Shown: positions 46,209 to 55,252 of the stretch, piece by piece | How positions within the stretch are numbered: position 1 is the first letter of the stretch | Layout of the letters: every line of letters starts with the position of its first letter | Source: Clostridia bacterium | GTDB lineage: Bacteria; Bacillota; Clostridia; Christensenellales; Aristaeellaceae | DNA: 64,000 nucleotides | Direction of reading: 5' to 3' | Assembly: GCA_017465155.1 (NCBI GenBank) | Contig: JAFTWV010000012.1 | Location: 3,994 to 67,993 of the forward strand | Notes under the pieces: model-generated | What the model saw: the letters and a program-made list of their open reading frames with translations, nothing else | The model's database searches: none | Told to the model about the DNA's origin: nothing | Made by a program: the position numbers and the translations under genes

Positions 46209-47030
46209 GTGGAAAAGATCCGCCGCAACGAGCGCATGAGCGCCATGATGAAGATTCTCTCCGGTTCTCCGAACAAGATTTTCACCCTTTCCCATTTCTG
46301 CGAGCTGTTCGGAGCCGCCAAATCCACCATGAGCGAGGACATTGATATCCTGCGAGACGTGGTCAGCCAGTTCGGTCTGGGCGAATTGGAGACGGTGACG
46401 GGTGCAGCCGGCGGCGTACGCTACCGCACGAAGGTCAAGCGTCCCGAGGCCCGCAGATTCGTAGGCGAATTGTGTCAGCGTCTTTCCGGGGCAGAGCGCG
46501 TGCTGCCCGGCGGCTTCCTGTATTATTCCGACATCCTGTCCACCCCCGATATCGTGGGCACCATGGGTGAAATCATGGCAACGGAGTATTACAGTCAGGC
46601 GCCCGATTTCGTGCTGACGATGGAAACCAAGGGCATCCCCGTTGCCTTTGCCACGGCCAATGCACTGGGCGTGCCGCTGGTGATTGCCCGCCGTTCCTCC
46701 AAGGTATATGAGGGCAGTGCGGTGAACATCAACTACGTTTCCGGCTCCGGCAGCATCGAAACGATGAGTCTCTCCCGCCGCTCGGTGAAGGAAGGCCAGC
46801 GCTGTCTGATTGTCGACGATTTCCTCAAGGGCGGCGGCACAGCCAAGGGCATGGTGGATCTGATGCGCGAGTTCGGCGTGACCGTCGTGGGCATGACCTT
46901 CGTGATGTCCACCGCCAAGCCCGTCAAGAAGCGCATTACCGGTGAAAAGAGCCTCATGGTCATGGACATTGACGCCGACACAGAAACCGCCTTCGTCAAG
47001 CCCGCCTTCTGGCTCAACGGCGACGCATAA
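46209..47030 (+). CDS. purR: Pur operon repressor PurR
   Basis: N-terminal winged helix (MEKIRRNERMSAMMKIL...) and a PRT domain with LIVDDFLKGGGT. GTG start. Confidence 0.9.
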   Translation: MEKIRRNERMSAMMKILSGSPNKIFTLSHFCELFGAAKSTMSEDIDILRDVVSQFGLGELETVTGAAGGVRYRTKVKRPEARRFVGELCQRLSGAERVLPGGFLYYSDILSTPDIVGTMGEIMATEYYSQAPDFVLTMETKGIPVAFATANALGVPLVIARRSSKVYEGSAVNINYVSGSGSIETMSLSRRSVKEGQRCLIVDDFLKGGGTAKGMVDLMREFGVTVVGMTFVMSTAKPVKKRITGEKSLMVMDIDADTETAFVKPAFWLNGDA

Positions 47031-47133
47031 ACAAACATGAATTGTCATGCATGGTTTTTGTGCGCTCATTCGTTACAATGATGACGCTCCGGCGCAAATC
47101 TGCATGAAAACGAAAGCGAGGTTATGACCCCTT

Positions 47134-47799
47134 ATGTCCGACATTGAGATCGAAGTCAAGCAATCCGCTCCGGCAGAGGCACCCAAGGCCTCCAACAAGA
47201 AGGACAAGCCCAAGAAGACCTTGAAGCAGGAGCTCACCGAATGGATCGTGACGCTGCTGGTCGCCGTGGTGATCGCCTTCGTGGTGCGCTCGTTCATCTT
47301 TGAGCCTGTGCGCGTTGATGGCGACAGCATGTACCCCACGCTGCATCACGGCGAAATCATGTACGTTTCCAAAACAGCCTATGGCTCTTCCTTCTTCGGC
47401 ATCCCCTTTACGAACATCGGCACCTACTTCAATGTAGGCGGCAATCCGGAACGGTTTGATGTGGTGGTATGCCGCTTCCCTGACCGCGGCAATACGAATT
47501 TCGTCAAGCGCGTAGTCGGCCTGCCCGGCGATACGGTACAGATCACCGGAGGCCATCTGTATGTCAACGGCGTGAAGTACGAGGAAAAGTTCCTGCATGA
47601 ACGTATGATCAGCGAATTCGGCCCGGTCACTGTGCCGGAAGGGTATTACTTCTGCATGGGCGACAACCGCAACAACTCCAACGACAGCCGCTCTTACCGC
47701 GTCGGTCCGATCCCCCGCGATATGATCGTAGGCCGCGTGGAGGCTGTCCTGTGGCATGATATTCCCTCCACCCTGGAGGACGCCAACATGAAGGATTGA
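47134..47799 (+). CDS. lepB: Signal peptidase I
   Basis: TM anchor, catalytic Ser motif GDSMYPTL, KRVVGLPGD and GDNRNNSNDSR. Confidence 0.9.
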   Translation: MSDIEIEVKQSAPAEAPKASNKKDKPKKTLKQELTEWIVTLLVAVVIAFVVRSFIFEPVRVDGDSMYPTLHHGEIMYVSKTAYGSSFFGIPFTNIGTYFNVGGNPERFDVVVCRFPDRGNTNFVKRVVGLPGDTVQITGGHLYVNGVKYEEKFLHERMISEFGPVTVPEGYYFCMGDNRNNSNDSRSYRVGPIPRDMIVGRVEAVLWHDIPSTLEDANMKD

Positions 47800-47859
47800 T
47801 CCTTCTCCCCCACTTTGTTCCCAATAAATCTGTTTCTCTAAAGAAAGGAAGCGATTCAA

Positions 47860-48393
47860 ATGGCAAAGAGCAAGCGCAAGGTTTCTGTATGGGTATGGGT
47901 GATCATCGTGGTCGCGGTGATCCTGCTGTGCGTCGCGGGCAAGACGGCATATGACAAGTTTGCCTCCGGTACGATCGAGATCAGCAACGCACCTGATGCG
48001 AAGATGCTGGCGCACATCATCTCCAATCAGGACAAGCTCGCGGAGAAGACCGACCTGTTTACCGTCACCACCGACGAGAGCACCGGCTACACCACCATCG
48101 CCTACATCGGCGAGCCCGATTACGAGCAGGCTTACCTGCTGTACGCACAGGGCGCAGTCGAAGCACTGACCGCAGAGGGCGTGGCGCTGCAGAATCTGGG
48201 CTACTTCGCCCGCTCCAACCAGTCCGAATTCCTGGACTTTGTGACCCCTTGGAGCGCCGTCAACTCCGCCTGCTACGTGATCTGCCCCAATATCTGCGAG
48301 CTGTGCGTCTATGACTACACCGACGCTGACCTCACCGACAAGCCCCTGCACGACATGGTTGCTGCCATCGAGGCTGTCATCGGCACCCCGTAA
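47860..48393 (+). CDS. Membrane-anchored hypothetical protein
   Basis: N-terminal TM helix (VWVWVIIVVAVILLCVAG). AAAGGAAG RBS. Strong terminator downstream. Confidence 0.5.
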   Translation: MAKSKRKVSVWVWVIIVVAVILLCVAGKTAYDKFASGTIEISNAPDAKMLAHIISNQDKLAEKTDLFTVTTDESTGYTTIAYIGEPDYEQAYLLYAQGAVEALTAEGVALQNLGYFARSNQSEFLDFVTPWSAVNSACYVICPNICELCVYDYTDADLTDKPLHDMVAAIEAVIGTP

Positions 48394-48403
48394 TACCGCT
48401 TAT

Positions 48404-48437
48404 GTCCGTACTTGCCTTTGCAGGTACGGACTTTTTT
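48404..48437 (+). terminator. Intrinsic terminator
   Basis: GTCCGTAC-12 nt-GTACGGAC, followed by TTTTTT. Confidence 0.8.
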
Positions 48438-48523
48438 GTTATGCGTTCCTCCTGCATCCCTCGACATTGACTTCCCGCGCCACTTCCCGTATAATATCTT
48501 CACAAGAAAGGACGGTGACCGCC

Positions 48524-50419
48524 ATGGCGCGCATTGACTGGGGCGAAACGCTGGAAACCAAAATCGCCATGCTGCCTGAATCACCCGGCTGCTACCTGAT
48601 GAAGGACGCGGAGGGTACGATCATCTACGTCGGCAAGGCGGTAAACCTCAAAAACCGTGTGCGATCCTATTTCCGTGATACGGATCATACGCCGAAGGTC
48701 GCGGCTATGATTTCAAACATCGCGGATTTCGATATTCTCCTGTGCGATTCAAATCTGGAGGCCCTGTGTCTGGAATGCAACCTCATCAAGCTGCACAAGC
48801 CGCACTACAACATCCTCCTCAAGGATGATAAGCATTATCCGTATCTTCGCGTGAACCTGAAGGAACCCTTCCCCCGTCTGGAACTGGCCCGCCGCATGGA
48901 GCCCGGGCAGCTGAAGGACGGCGCGAAATACTTCGGTCCATATATCGGCGCAACCGCTGTCCGTCAGGTCATCGAGGCTGTCCGCGGCGTGTTCCCCCTG
49001 CGCACCTGCCGCAAGGAGCTGCCGCTGAAAACGCCCTGCCGCCCCTGTGTCAATTATGAAATTGGGAAATGCATGGCTCCCTGCGCCGGCAAGTGTACCG
49101 AAGAAGCCTACTGGGACATGATGGACGGCGTGCTGGCCTTCCTCGGCGGGGATTATCAGCAGGTGCTGAAGGTGCTTCAGCGGGACATGATGGCCTGCGC
49201 CGAAAAGATGCAGTACGAGCGCGCAGCAGCCCTGCGCGACAAGATCCGCGACATCGAAGGCCTGATGGAGCGTCAGATTGCCATCCGTACTGAGCGCAGC
49301 GAGCAGGATATCATCGCGCTGGCGCAGGACGGCCTGGATGCAATGGTGCATATCTTCTATGTGCGCGGCGGACGCATGATCGGCGGCGATCACTTTGCTC
49401 TGCCCCGCGAGGGAAGCGAAGAGCCCGGCGAAGTGCTGGCAGAATTCCTGACGCAGTATTATGAGGACGGAAACCTGATTCCCCGCAATGTGCTGGTTCA
49501 GGCGCTGCCCGACAATAGCCGCGAGCAGCTGGAGCAATGGCTCCGTCAGCAAAAGGGCAGCGCCGTGACACTCGCGACGCCCAAACGCGGCGAAAAGCAT
49601 GATCTGATCCTTCTGGCTGCTAAGAACGCCGCCGATGCACTGCAGAAGCGAAATGCCCGCGCCAGCATCCGCGAGGAACGCACCACAGGTGCAGCCGCCG
49701 CGCTGGGGCGTGCTCTGGGGCTCCCTGAACCGCCACGCCGTATCGAGGGCTATGACATATCCAACACGCAAGGCGTACTGAGCGTCGCCAGCATGGTTGT
49801 CTTTATCGACGGCGAACCCGCCCGGAAGGAATACCGTCACTTCCGGATTAAAACGGTCGAAGGCGCAAATGACTTTGCCTCCCTGAACGAAGTGCTGGGC
49901 CGCCGCTTTGAACATGGCTTGAAGGAAAAAGCGGAACGTGAGGCAGCCGGTCTCCCTGCAAAAGGCGGAAAATTCAGCGATCTGCCTGATCTTGTGCTCA
50001 TCGACGGCGGCCCGCAGCAGCTGCGCTTTGCCCGTCAGGCGCTGCTGGACATGGGAGCGGAGGTTGCGATGTTCGGTCTGGCCAAGAAGCAGGAGGAGAT
50101 TTTCCTGCCCGACCGCGAGGAGCCGATTCTGCTGGATCACCACACCCCGGAGCTGCACCTGATCCAGCGCGTTCGCGACGAAGCACACCGCTTCTGCATC
50201 ACCCATCACCGCGGATTACGCGGCAAGGCCAGCATTCACAGTCAGCTGGAGGACATTCCCGGCATCGGCCCTAAGCGCAGAAAAGCACTGCTGACAAAGC
50301 TCGGATCGCTCAAGGCCATCCGCGAGGCAACGGAAGAGCAGCTGCTGTCTGTACCCGGCATGACAAAGTCTGCCGCTGCCGCAGTGCTGAAATGGGCAGC
50401 AAGCACCGCAAAAAAGTGA
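48524..50419 (+). CDS. uvrC: Excinuclease ABC subunit C
   Basis: GIY-YIG motif (GCYLMKDAEGTIIYVGKAVNLKNRVRSYF), UVR domain (YERAAALRDKIRDIE), and Endo-V-like plus (HhH)2 C-terminus. Confidence 0.93.
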   Translation: MARIDWGETLETKIAMLPESPGCYLMKDAEGTIIYVGKAVNLKNRVRSYFRDTDHTPKVAAMISNIADFDILLCDSNLEALCLECNLIKLHKPHYNILLKDDKHYPYLRVNLKEPFPRLELARRMEPGQLKDGAKYFGPYIGATAVRQVIEAVRGVFPLRTCRKELPLKTPCRPCVNYEIGKCMAPCAGKCTEEAYWDMMDGVLAFLGGDYQQVLKVLQRDMMACAEKMQYERAAALRDKIRDIEGLMERQIAIRTERSEQDIIALAQDGLDAMVHIFYVRGGRMIGGDHFALPREGSEEPGEVLAEFLTQYYEDGNLIPRNVLVQALPDNSREQLEQWLRQQKGSAVTLATPKRGEKHDLILLAAKNAADALQKRNARASIREERTTGAAAALGRALGLPEPPRRIEGYDISNTQGVLSVASMVVFIDGEPARKEYRHFRIKTVEGANDFASLNEVLGRRFEHGLKEKAEREAAGLPAKGGKFSDLPDLVLIDGGPQQLRFARQALLDMGAEVAMFGLAKKQEEIFLPDREEPILLDHHTPELHLIQRVRDEAHRFCITHHRGLRGKASIHSQLEDIPGIGPKRRKALLTKLGSLKAIREATEEQLLSVPGMTKSAAAAVLKWAASTAKK

Positions 50420-50435
50420 TACCCGCTCATACAGG

Positions 50436-50469
50436 AAAACCCAAGGCACACTGCATGCCTTGGGTTTTC
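50436..50469. terminator. Bidirectional terminator between uvrC (+) and the methyltransferase gene (-)
   Basis: AAAA-CCCAAGGCA-cactgca-TGCCTTGGG-TTTT. Confidence 0.75.
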
Positions 50470-50470
50470 T

Positions 50471-51244
50471 TCATGCATCACAGCATGAACATGGCTTATC
50501 TGCGATCATCGTGAACTCGCCCGGCACGTCCGGATTATCCCACGCCGGATGTTCATCCAGCCGCCGGAATACAAAGCCAGCACCGATCACTGCATTGATC
50601 ATCTCGCTGAATGTATACTTCCGGTAGCTGCACTTGGGAAACATCTTCCGGGTCTCCTCATCGTAAAACCGTGCATGCGCCATCTCTCCCTGGAAAACCT
50701 CGGAGAAAAAATAGCTCATCACGGGCTGCTGCAGCTTCAGCGTATCCAGCACCTTCGTAAAGGGATGAAAATCGCTGCAGACCATCTTTCCGCCAGGCTT
50801 CAAAAGCCCATGCATGATCCTCATGAACTGATCGGGATCATGGAAATAATGCAGTACGCCGCCCTCCATGAACACGACGTCAAACAATCCGCCGTACTGC
50901 TCCAGATCGATTTTCAGCACATCGCACAGCTGATAATCAATCCTCACGCCGCAGGCCTCCGCCAGCTCCAATGCATAGCGCTGATTATCCCGGGAAATAT
51001 CAAACACCGTCACTTCTGCGCCAAGAACAGCCAGCGGCACTGCCTTTTTACCGCAGGAGCCGCAGATATTGGCGATGCGAATCCCCTCACAGGGACCGAT
51101 ATAGTCAGCATAGCGTCTCAACGCCCTCGCCGGATCAGCAGCAATCTGCCTCGCCCGGTCTGCAGGCTCTCCCATCTGTCTGCACCAGAATGCATACGCG
51201 TCGTATTCCCATGCCAGCTTGTTCTGGCTGCAATAGTCGGACAT
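50471..51244 (-). CDS. Class I SAM-dependent methyltransferase
   Basis: SAM motif I region (IANICGSCGKKAVPLAVLGAEVTVFDIS). Internal ATG with a GGGGAG RBS. Confidence 0.7.
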   Translation of the reverse strand: MSDYCSQNKLAWEYDAYAFWCRQMGEPADRARQIAADPARALRRYADYIGPCEGIRIANICGSCGKKAVPLAVLGAEVTVFDISRDNQRYALELAEACGVRIDYQLCDVLKIDLEQYGGLFDVVFMEGGVLHYFHDPDQFMRIMHGLLKPGGKMVCSDFHPFTKVLDTLKLQQPVMSYFFSEVFQGEMAHARFYDEETRKMFPKCSYRKYTFSEMINAVIGAGFVFRRLDEHPAWDNPDVPGEFTMIADKPCSCCDA

Positions 51245-51327
51245 GCTCTTTCGCTCCCCTCTTAAAGGACAAGAACACCCACAGCCCTTTGTTGCTGTGG
51301 GTGCCTTGCACAATCTTCTGCTGCTGA

Positions 51328-52476
51328 TCAATCTGCCGGATAATACTCGCCGTAGACGAACTCATGCAGCTTCTGGATATTCTCCGTGTGACGCTTGGTG
51401 GTGCGGAACACCACGACGCTCGCGCCACCGCTGGTGGTGTCATACTTCCAGGTATCGTCCATGGGGATGCGGTTTTGCTCCAGGAGGGATTCGCCGTTTG
51501 CCGCGCGTTCCAGCAGGCCGCTCTGCAGCACGGTCATGGCCAGACTGCCCATATCACTCAGGCTCATGTTTGTCTTGGCATAGGGCAGGCAGGTCTCCAG
51601 AAGCTTGAAAAGCTTATCAAAGTCCATGCCGCCCTCGGTGACCTTCTTCAGCAGCAGCTCCAGCAGGTGACGCTGACGGGCAGAACGGGCAAAATCGTTG
51701 TCAATTGAACGCAGACGGGCATACATGACCGCCTGAATACCGTCCAGGTGCTGCACACCCTTGACCTTCTCCAGCGGTACGCGTTCATAATCGTCATCCT
51801 GATTGTCATAGCGCGGCGGATGCTTCTTGATATAAGCGTTGATTGCGCTGGCCTCCTGCTTGGTCAGCTCGATGTCGATGCCGCCAAGGCTGTCGATGAT
51901 GGACGCAAGGCCATAGAAGTTGATGACGATGTACTTCTCGATATTCATATCGAAGTTGTGGTTGATGGTGCGCATCGCCAGCTGACCGCCGCCGCGCTGA
52001 TAAGCCACGTTGATGCGGTTCTTGCTCTTGTAGCCGGGGATGGTCACATACAGATCGCGCAGGACAGAGGTCAGCTTGATGGAGCCATCGTCCTTGTTGA
52101 TGGATACGATGATCTGCACGTCGCCATGCTGGGTATGCTCCTCAATCTCGGTGGAGCGGCTGTCAATGCCGATCAGCAGGATGTTGATGACATTGTCGGG
52201 CAGCTTTTCATTGATTTCCAGCGCCTGGGGATCAACGGTATCATCGATCTCCGCATCGAGGATTTCAACAATCTCTTCCAGCTCCTCCGGAATCTCGAAG
52301 CCCTCGATTTCCTCGCCTTCCTCATTGATGGCCACGCCATCCACAACCACAACGCTGTCGCTGCTCACGTCAATCTGATCCGGCAGTGCCTCCGTTTCCT
52401 CTTCCGCCAGCGCAGGCACGCTCAGCAGCATCGTCAGCGCCAGCAGCAGCGCTGTCAGCTTCTTCATCAGGTTCAT
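51328..52476 (-). CDS. LytR-CpsA-Psr (LCP) family cell-wall polymer transferase
   Basis: Signal/anchor peptide plus the NILLIGIDSR, LTSVLRDLYV and INVAY motifs. AAGGAGG RBS. Confidence 0.85.
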   Translation of the reverse strand: MNLMKKLTALLLALTMLLSVPALAEEETEALPDQIDVSSDSVVVVDGVAINEEGEEIEGFEIPEELEEIVEILDAEIDDTVDPQALEINEKLPDNVINILLIGIDSRSTEIEEHTQHGDVQIIVSINKDDGSIKLTSVLRDLYVTIPGYKSKNRINVAYQRGGGQLAMRTINHNFDMNIEKYIVINFYGLASIIDSLGGIDIELTKQEASAINAYIKKHPPRYDNQDDDYERVPLEKVKGVQHLDGIQAVMYARLRSIDNDFARSARQRHLLELLLKKVTEGGMDFDKLFKLLETCLPYAKTNMSLSDMGSLAMTVLQSGLLERAANGESLLEQNRIPMDDTWKYDTTSGGASVVVFRTTKRHTENIQKLHEFVYGEYYPAD

Positions 52477-52585
52477 GGTGTATTCCTCCTTGCGGTTACA
52501 TAAACATACAATTACAGCTATTATACCGCGCCTTATGACAAATTGCAACCGGATTGTCCCCTTTGAGGCACAAACATCTGCCATG

Positions 52586-53371
52586 TCATCCCTGCAGGCT
52601 TCTGCGCAGAAAATCAAGACTCCCGCGCAGCGCGGCTTCATCCTTCGCCTGCGCTTCATAGGGCTCCAGAATGACCGCGCCGTCATAGCCCTGCCGCTGC
52701 AGCTGACGAATCAGCCGGAGCCAGTCGAACGTCCCCTGTCCCGGCAGGCACAGACTTCCGTCCCTGGCAGTATCCAGCACATGTACATGACGCACCCGAT
52801 CGCCCATCGCGTCCAGCATATCAAATGGTGACACGCCCGCCCGATACGCCTGCTTCACATCCAGTACAAAGCCGATTTCCGGCAGCAGCCGCACAAGCGT
52901 CCGCACATCCTCCATCTCCCGCAGCGCACACCAGTGCACATTCTCCCACAGGACCGTCATCCCACGGGTACGGGCAATCTGCTGCATCCGCCCAAATGCA
53001 TCCTGCAGGCGATGGATATTTTCCGGCTTCAGCCGTCCATGCACGCCGAACGGCCCGTGAAACACGTAGTATTTCGCTCCGGCCGCCTGTCCAGCATCAC
53101 AAACGCCTGTGAACACAGAAAACGCGTCCTCCACCTGCCGCAGGGAACGCCCGAACAGCTGCTGCTCAAACTGCGTCCCCAGGGGATGGACCGATGTGCA
53201 ATGGAGCCCCTTCAGCTTCTCCCGCACCATACGTCCGAAATCCGCCGTATACTCCGACGGCGTTTCCAGAAACACCTCGCAGGTATCCAGCCCGAAGTCG
53301 CCCAGATGTGCGGCGGCTTCCTCGGTTTCAAACCGGGCGTAAAAAGCCGCGCTGCTCATGCCGAGCTTCAT
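52586..53371 (-). CDS. Sugar phosphate isomerase/epimerase (xylose isomerase-like TIM barrel)
   Basis: Pattern of metal-binding residues (VHP..., YYVFHG, LWENVH, VHVLD). Confidence 0.7.
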   Translation of the reverse strand: MKLGMSSAAFYARFETEEAAAHLGDFGLDTCEVFLETPSEYTADFGRMVREKLKGLHCTSVHPLGTQFEQQLFGRSLRQVEDAFSVFTGVCDAGQAAGAKYYVFHGPFGVHGRLKPENIHRLQDAFGRMQQIARTRGMTVLWENVHWCALREMEDVRTLVRLLPEIGFVLDVKQAYRAGVSPFDMLDAMGDRVRHVHVLDTARDGSLCLPGQGTFDWLRLIRQLQRQGYDGAVILEPYEAQAKDEAALRGSLDFLRRSLQG

Positions 53372-53961
53372 GCCTGCGTCCCTCCCGGCTGATTCAGCTC
53401 GTCCAGCGACAGGTTAAAAGAGGGTACGAAGGTCGTGATGAAGTCCTGTACCTCAGGTAATTCGATCTCCATCAGGCCAGCCCTGATCACCTCGCCCGCA
53501 GCGTCGAACTCGTGGTTTCCGGCCCGTTTCTCCTCCATGCATTTCAGGTACGCACTGATGCTGTCTGCCGCCTTGACGATGCGGTGATCATAGTCCTTCC
53601 CTTCGCTCAGATACGGCGCGAATGCAGACTGCATCCCCTCCGGCAGCATGGTCAGCAGCCGCCCATTGGCCATGGCTTCCACATCCTTATAGGCGCTGCG
53701 GAGCTCCCGGCTGTGATATTTGACAGGCGTGGGCATATCGCCGGTGATCACCTCCGACACGTCATGATATACCCCCAGCGCCAGAATGTGCTCCGGATTG
53801 CAGTCCCGCCCATAGCGGTCCCGGCCCATCACCGCGATGGCGTGAGCAATCATCGCCACCTGCAGGGAATGCTCCGCGTCGTTCTCCGGCATGACCGAGC
53901 GCATCAGTCCCCATCGGCGGATATACCGCAGGCGGGATACATAGGCAAAAAAGTGATGCAT
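53368..53961 (-). CDS. HD-domain 5'-deoxynucleotidase YfbR-like
   Basis: RLRYIRRWGLM, ENDAEHSLQVAMIAH and YHDVSEVITGD motifs. Confidence 0.85.
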   Translation of the reverse strand: MHHFFAYVSRLRYIRRWGLMRSVMPENDAEHSLQVAMIAHAIAVMGRDRYGRDCNPEHILALGVYHDVSEVITGDMPTPVKYHSRELRSAYKDVEAMANGRLLTMLPEGMQSAFAPYLSEGKDYDHRIVKAADSISAYLKCMEEKRAGNHEFDAAGEVIRAGLMEIELPEVQDFITTFVPSFNLSLDELNQPGGTQA

Positions 53962-54053
53962 ACGCCGAACCTCCGTTTTTCTTCATTCTCATCTCTATTG
54001 TACCGCAAAATCCGTCATATGGCGATAGTCTTTGCAAAATTTACACATTCGGA

Positions 54054-54081
54054 TTGACAAATCCATCCGCTATGCTATAAT
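54054..54081 (+). promoter_or_regulatory. Sigma-A promoter for the TPP riboswitch-thiT unit
   Basis: TTGACA, a 16-nt spacer, then TGcTATAAT. Confidence 0.65.
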
Positions 54082-54101
54082 ACTGTTGAAAATCGCATCC
54101 A

Positions 54102-54200
54102 CCGCTGGGGGTGCGGCCGGTACGACTGTGCGCGGCTGCTGAGAGAGCAAGACGCTCGACCCTTGGAACCTGTGTAGGTCATCCTACCGTAGGGAAGCGG
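54102..54200 (+). promoter_or_regulatory. TPP (THI-box) riboswitch aptamer
   Basis: CCGCTGGGGGTGC...GCTGAGAG...GACCCTTGGAACCTG...CCGTAGGGAAGCGG matches the conserved THI element (GGGGUGC, CUGAGA, ACCCUU-GAACCUG, CGUAGGGAA). P1 pairs CCGCT with AGCGG. Confidence 0.85.
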
Positions 54201-54306
54201 AGCATGTCCGGGCGCAGCAGCTGATGCATCCGGCATGTCGGTCAGACAGGCAGCTGTGAAAGCCCGCGAACTTTCGCAGATGACGCCTTTGTGACCATCC
54301 TGCTTT

Positions 54307-54330
54307 CCCGCGTTGCATACGCGGGTTTTT
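54307..54330 (+). terminator. Riboswitch expression-platform terminator
   Basis: CCCGCG-ttgcata-CGCGGG, followed by TTTTT, about 55 nt upstream of the thiT ATG. Confidence 0.7.
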
Positions 54331-54384
54331 CATTTGCGCGGGTTTTCATACCCGAAAGGATGCGTCGCAAAGGAGGAGTATCCC

Positions 54385-55092
54385 ATGTTCAACCTGATTC
54401 CCGTTGCCCACGCCGAAGAGATCGCTCAGACGTGGTTCGACACGGCCTTTGAAAGCGTCGCAGAAGTCCCCGGTTGGGGCTGGCTGCTGATGATCGCACT
54501 GCTTGCAGGCGGCTTCCTTGCCTACCGGAGCCTGCGCAGCAGCGGCAAAACCTTCTGGACAGCCCGCACCATGTCTGTGGGCGCGATGTGCATGGCCCTT
54601 GCATCCGTGCTGAGCCTGATCAAGCTCTGGACCATGCCCATGGGCGGCGCCATCACCCCGGCCAGCATGCTGCCGCTGCTGCTCTTTGCTTACTGCTATG
54701 GAACGCTTCCCGGCCTGACGCTGGGCGCGCTCTACGGCGTGATGCAGTACCTGCTGGACGGTATGCGCTTTGCAGCCCTTGGCGCCATTCCGAATCTGCT
54801 GGACTATCCCATCGCCTTTGGTCTGTTGGGCCTTGCTGGCCTTTTCGGCAAGCTGGACAACCAGAAACTCAGTCTGACGCTCGGCTTCGTGCTGGGCTGC
54901 TTCGGCCGCTTCCTCGCCTCCTTCACCTCCGGGTATGTGTATTACGGCATGTATGCTCCCGAGGGCTGGAATCCGGCGGTTTATTCCATCGTGTATAACG
55001 GCACCTATCTGCTGCCCGAATGCATCATCTGCATCGCGCTGGGCCTGCTGATCGCACCGCGTTTGGTCCGGGAACTGCGCAGGCTCAAATAA
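54385..55092 (+). CDS. thiT: Thiamine transporter ThiT (ECF S-component/YuaJ-like)
   Basis: Six-TM protein immediately downstream of the TPP riboswitch. AGGAGGAG RBS. Confidence 0.75.
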   Translation: MFNLIPVAHAEEIAQTWFDTAFESVAEVPGWGWLLMIALLAGGFLAYRSLRSSGKTFWTARTMSVGAMCMALASVLSLIKLWTMPMGGAITPASMLPLLLFAYCYGTLPGLTLGALYGVMQYLLDGMRFAALGAIPNLLDYPIAFGLLGLAGLFGKLDNQKLSLTLGFVLGCFGRFLASFTSGYVYYGMYAPEGWNPAVYSIVYNGTYLLPECIICIALGLLIAPRLVRELRRLK

Positions 55093-55109
55093 CACTCATA
55101 CAGTCCGCA

Positions 55110-55144
55110 AGGAAGGCCGCGCTCAGGCGGTCTTCCTGTTTTTT
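55110..55144 (+). terminator. Intrinsic terminator
   Basis: AGGAAGGCCGC-gctcag-GCGGTCTTCCT, followed by GTTTTTT. Confidence 0.75.
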
Positions 55145-55252
55145 ATCCTTCAGCAGCCTTACGAAAGTTCCCGTCATTCTTGTCAAGCCCCGTCTGTTTA
55201 TGATATATTTGTAGCAAGCATTTTCACGCATCTCTTTTCAGGAGGTCCCCCC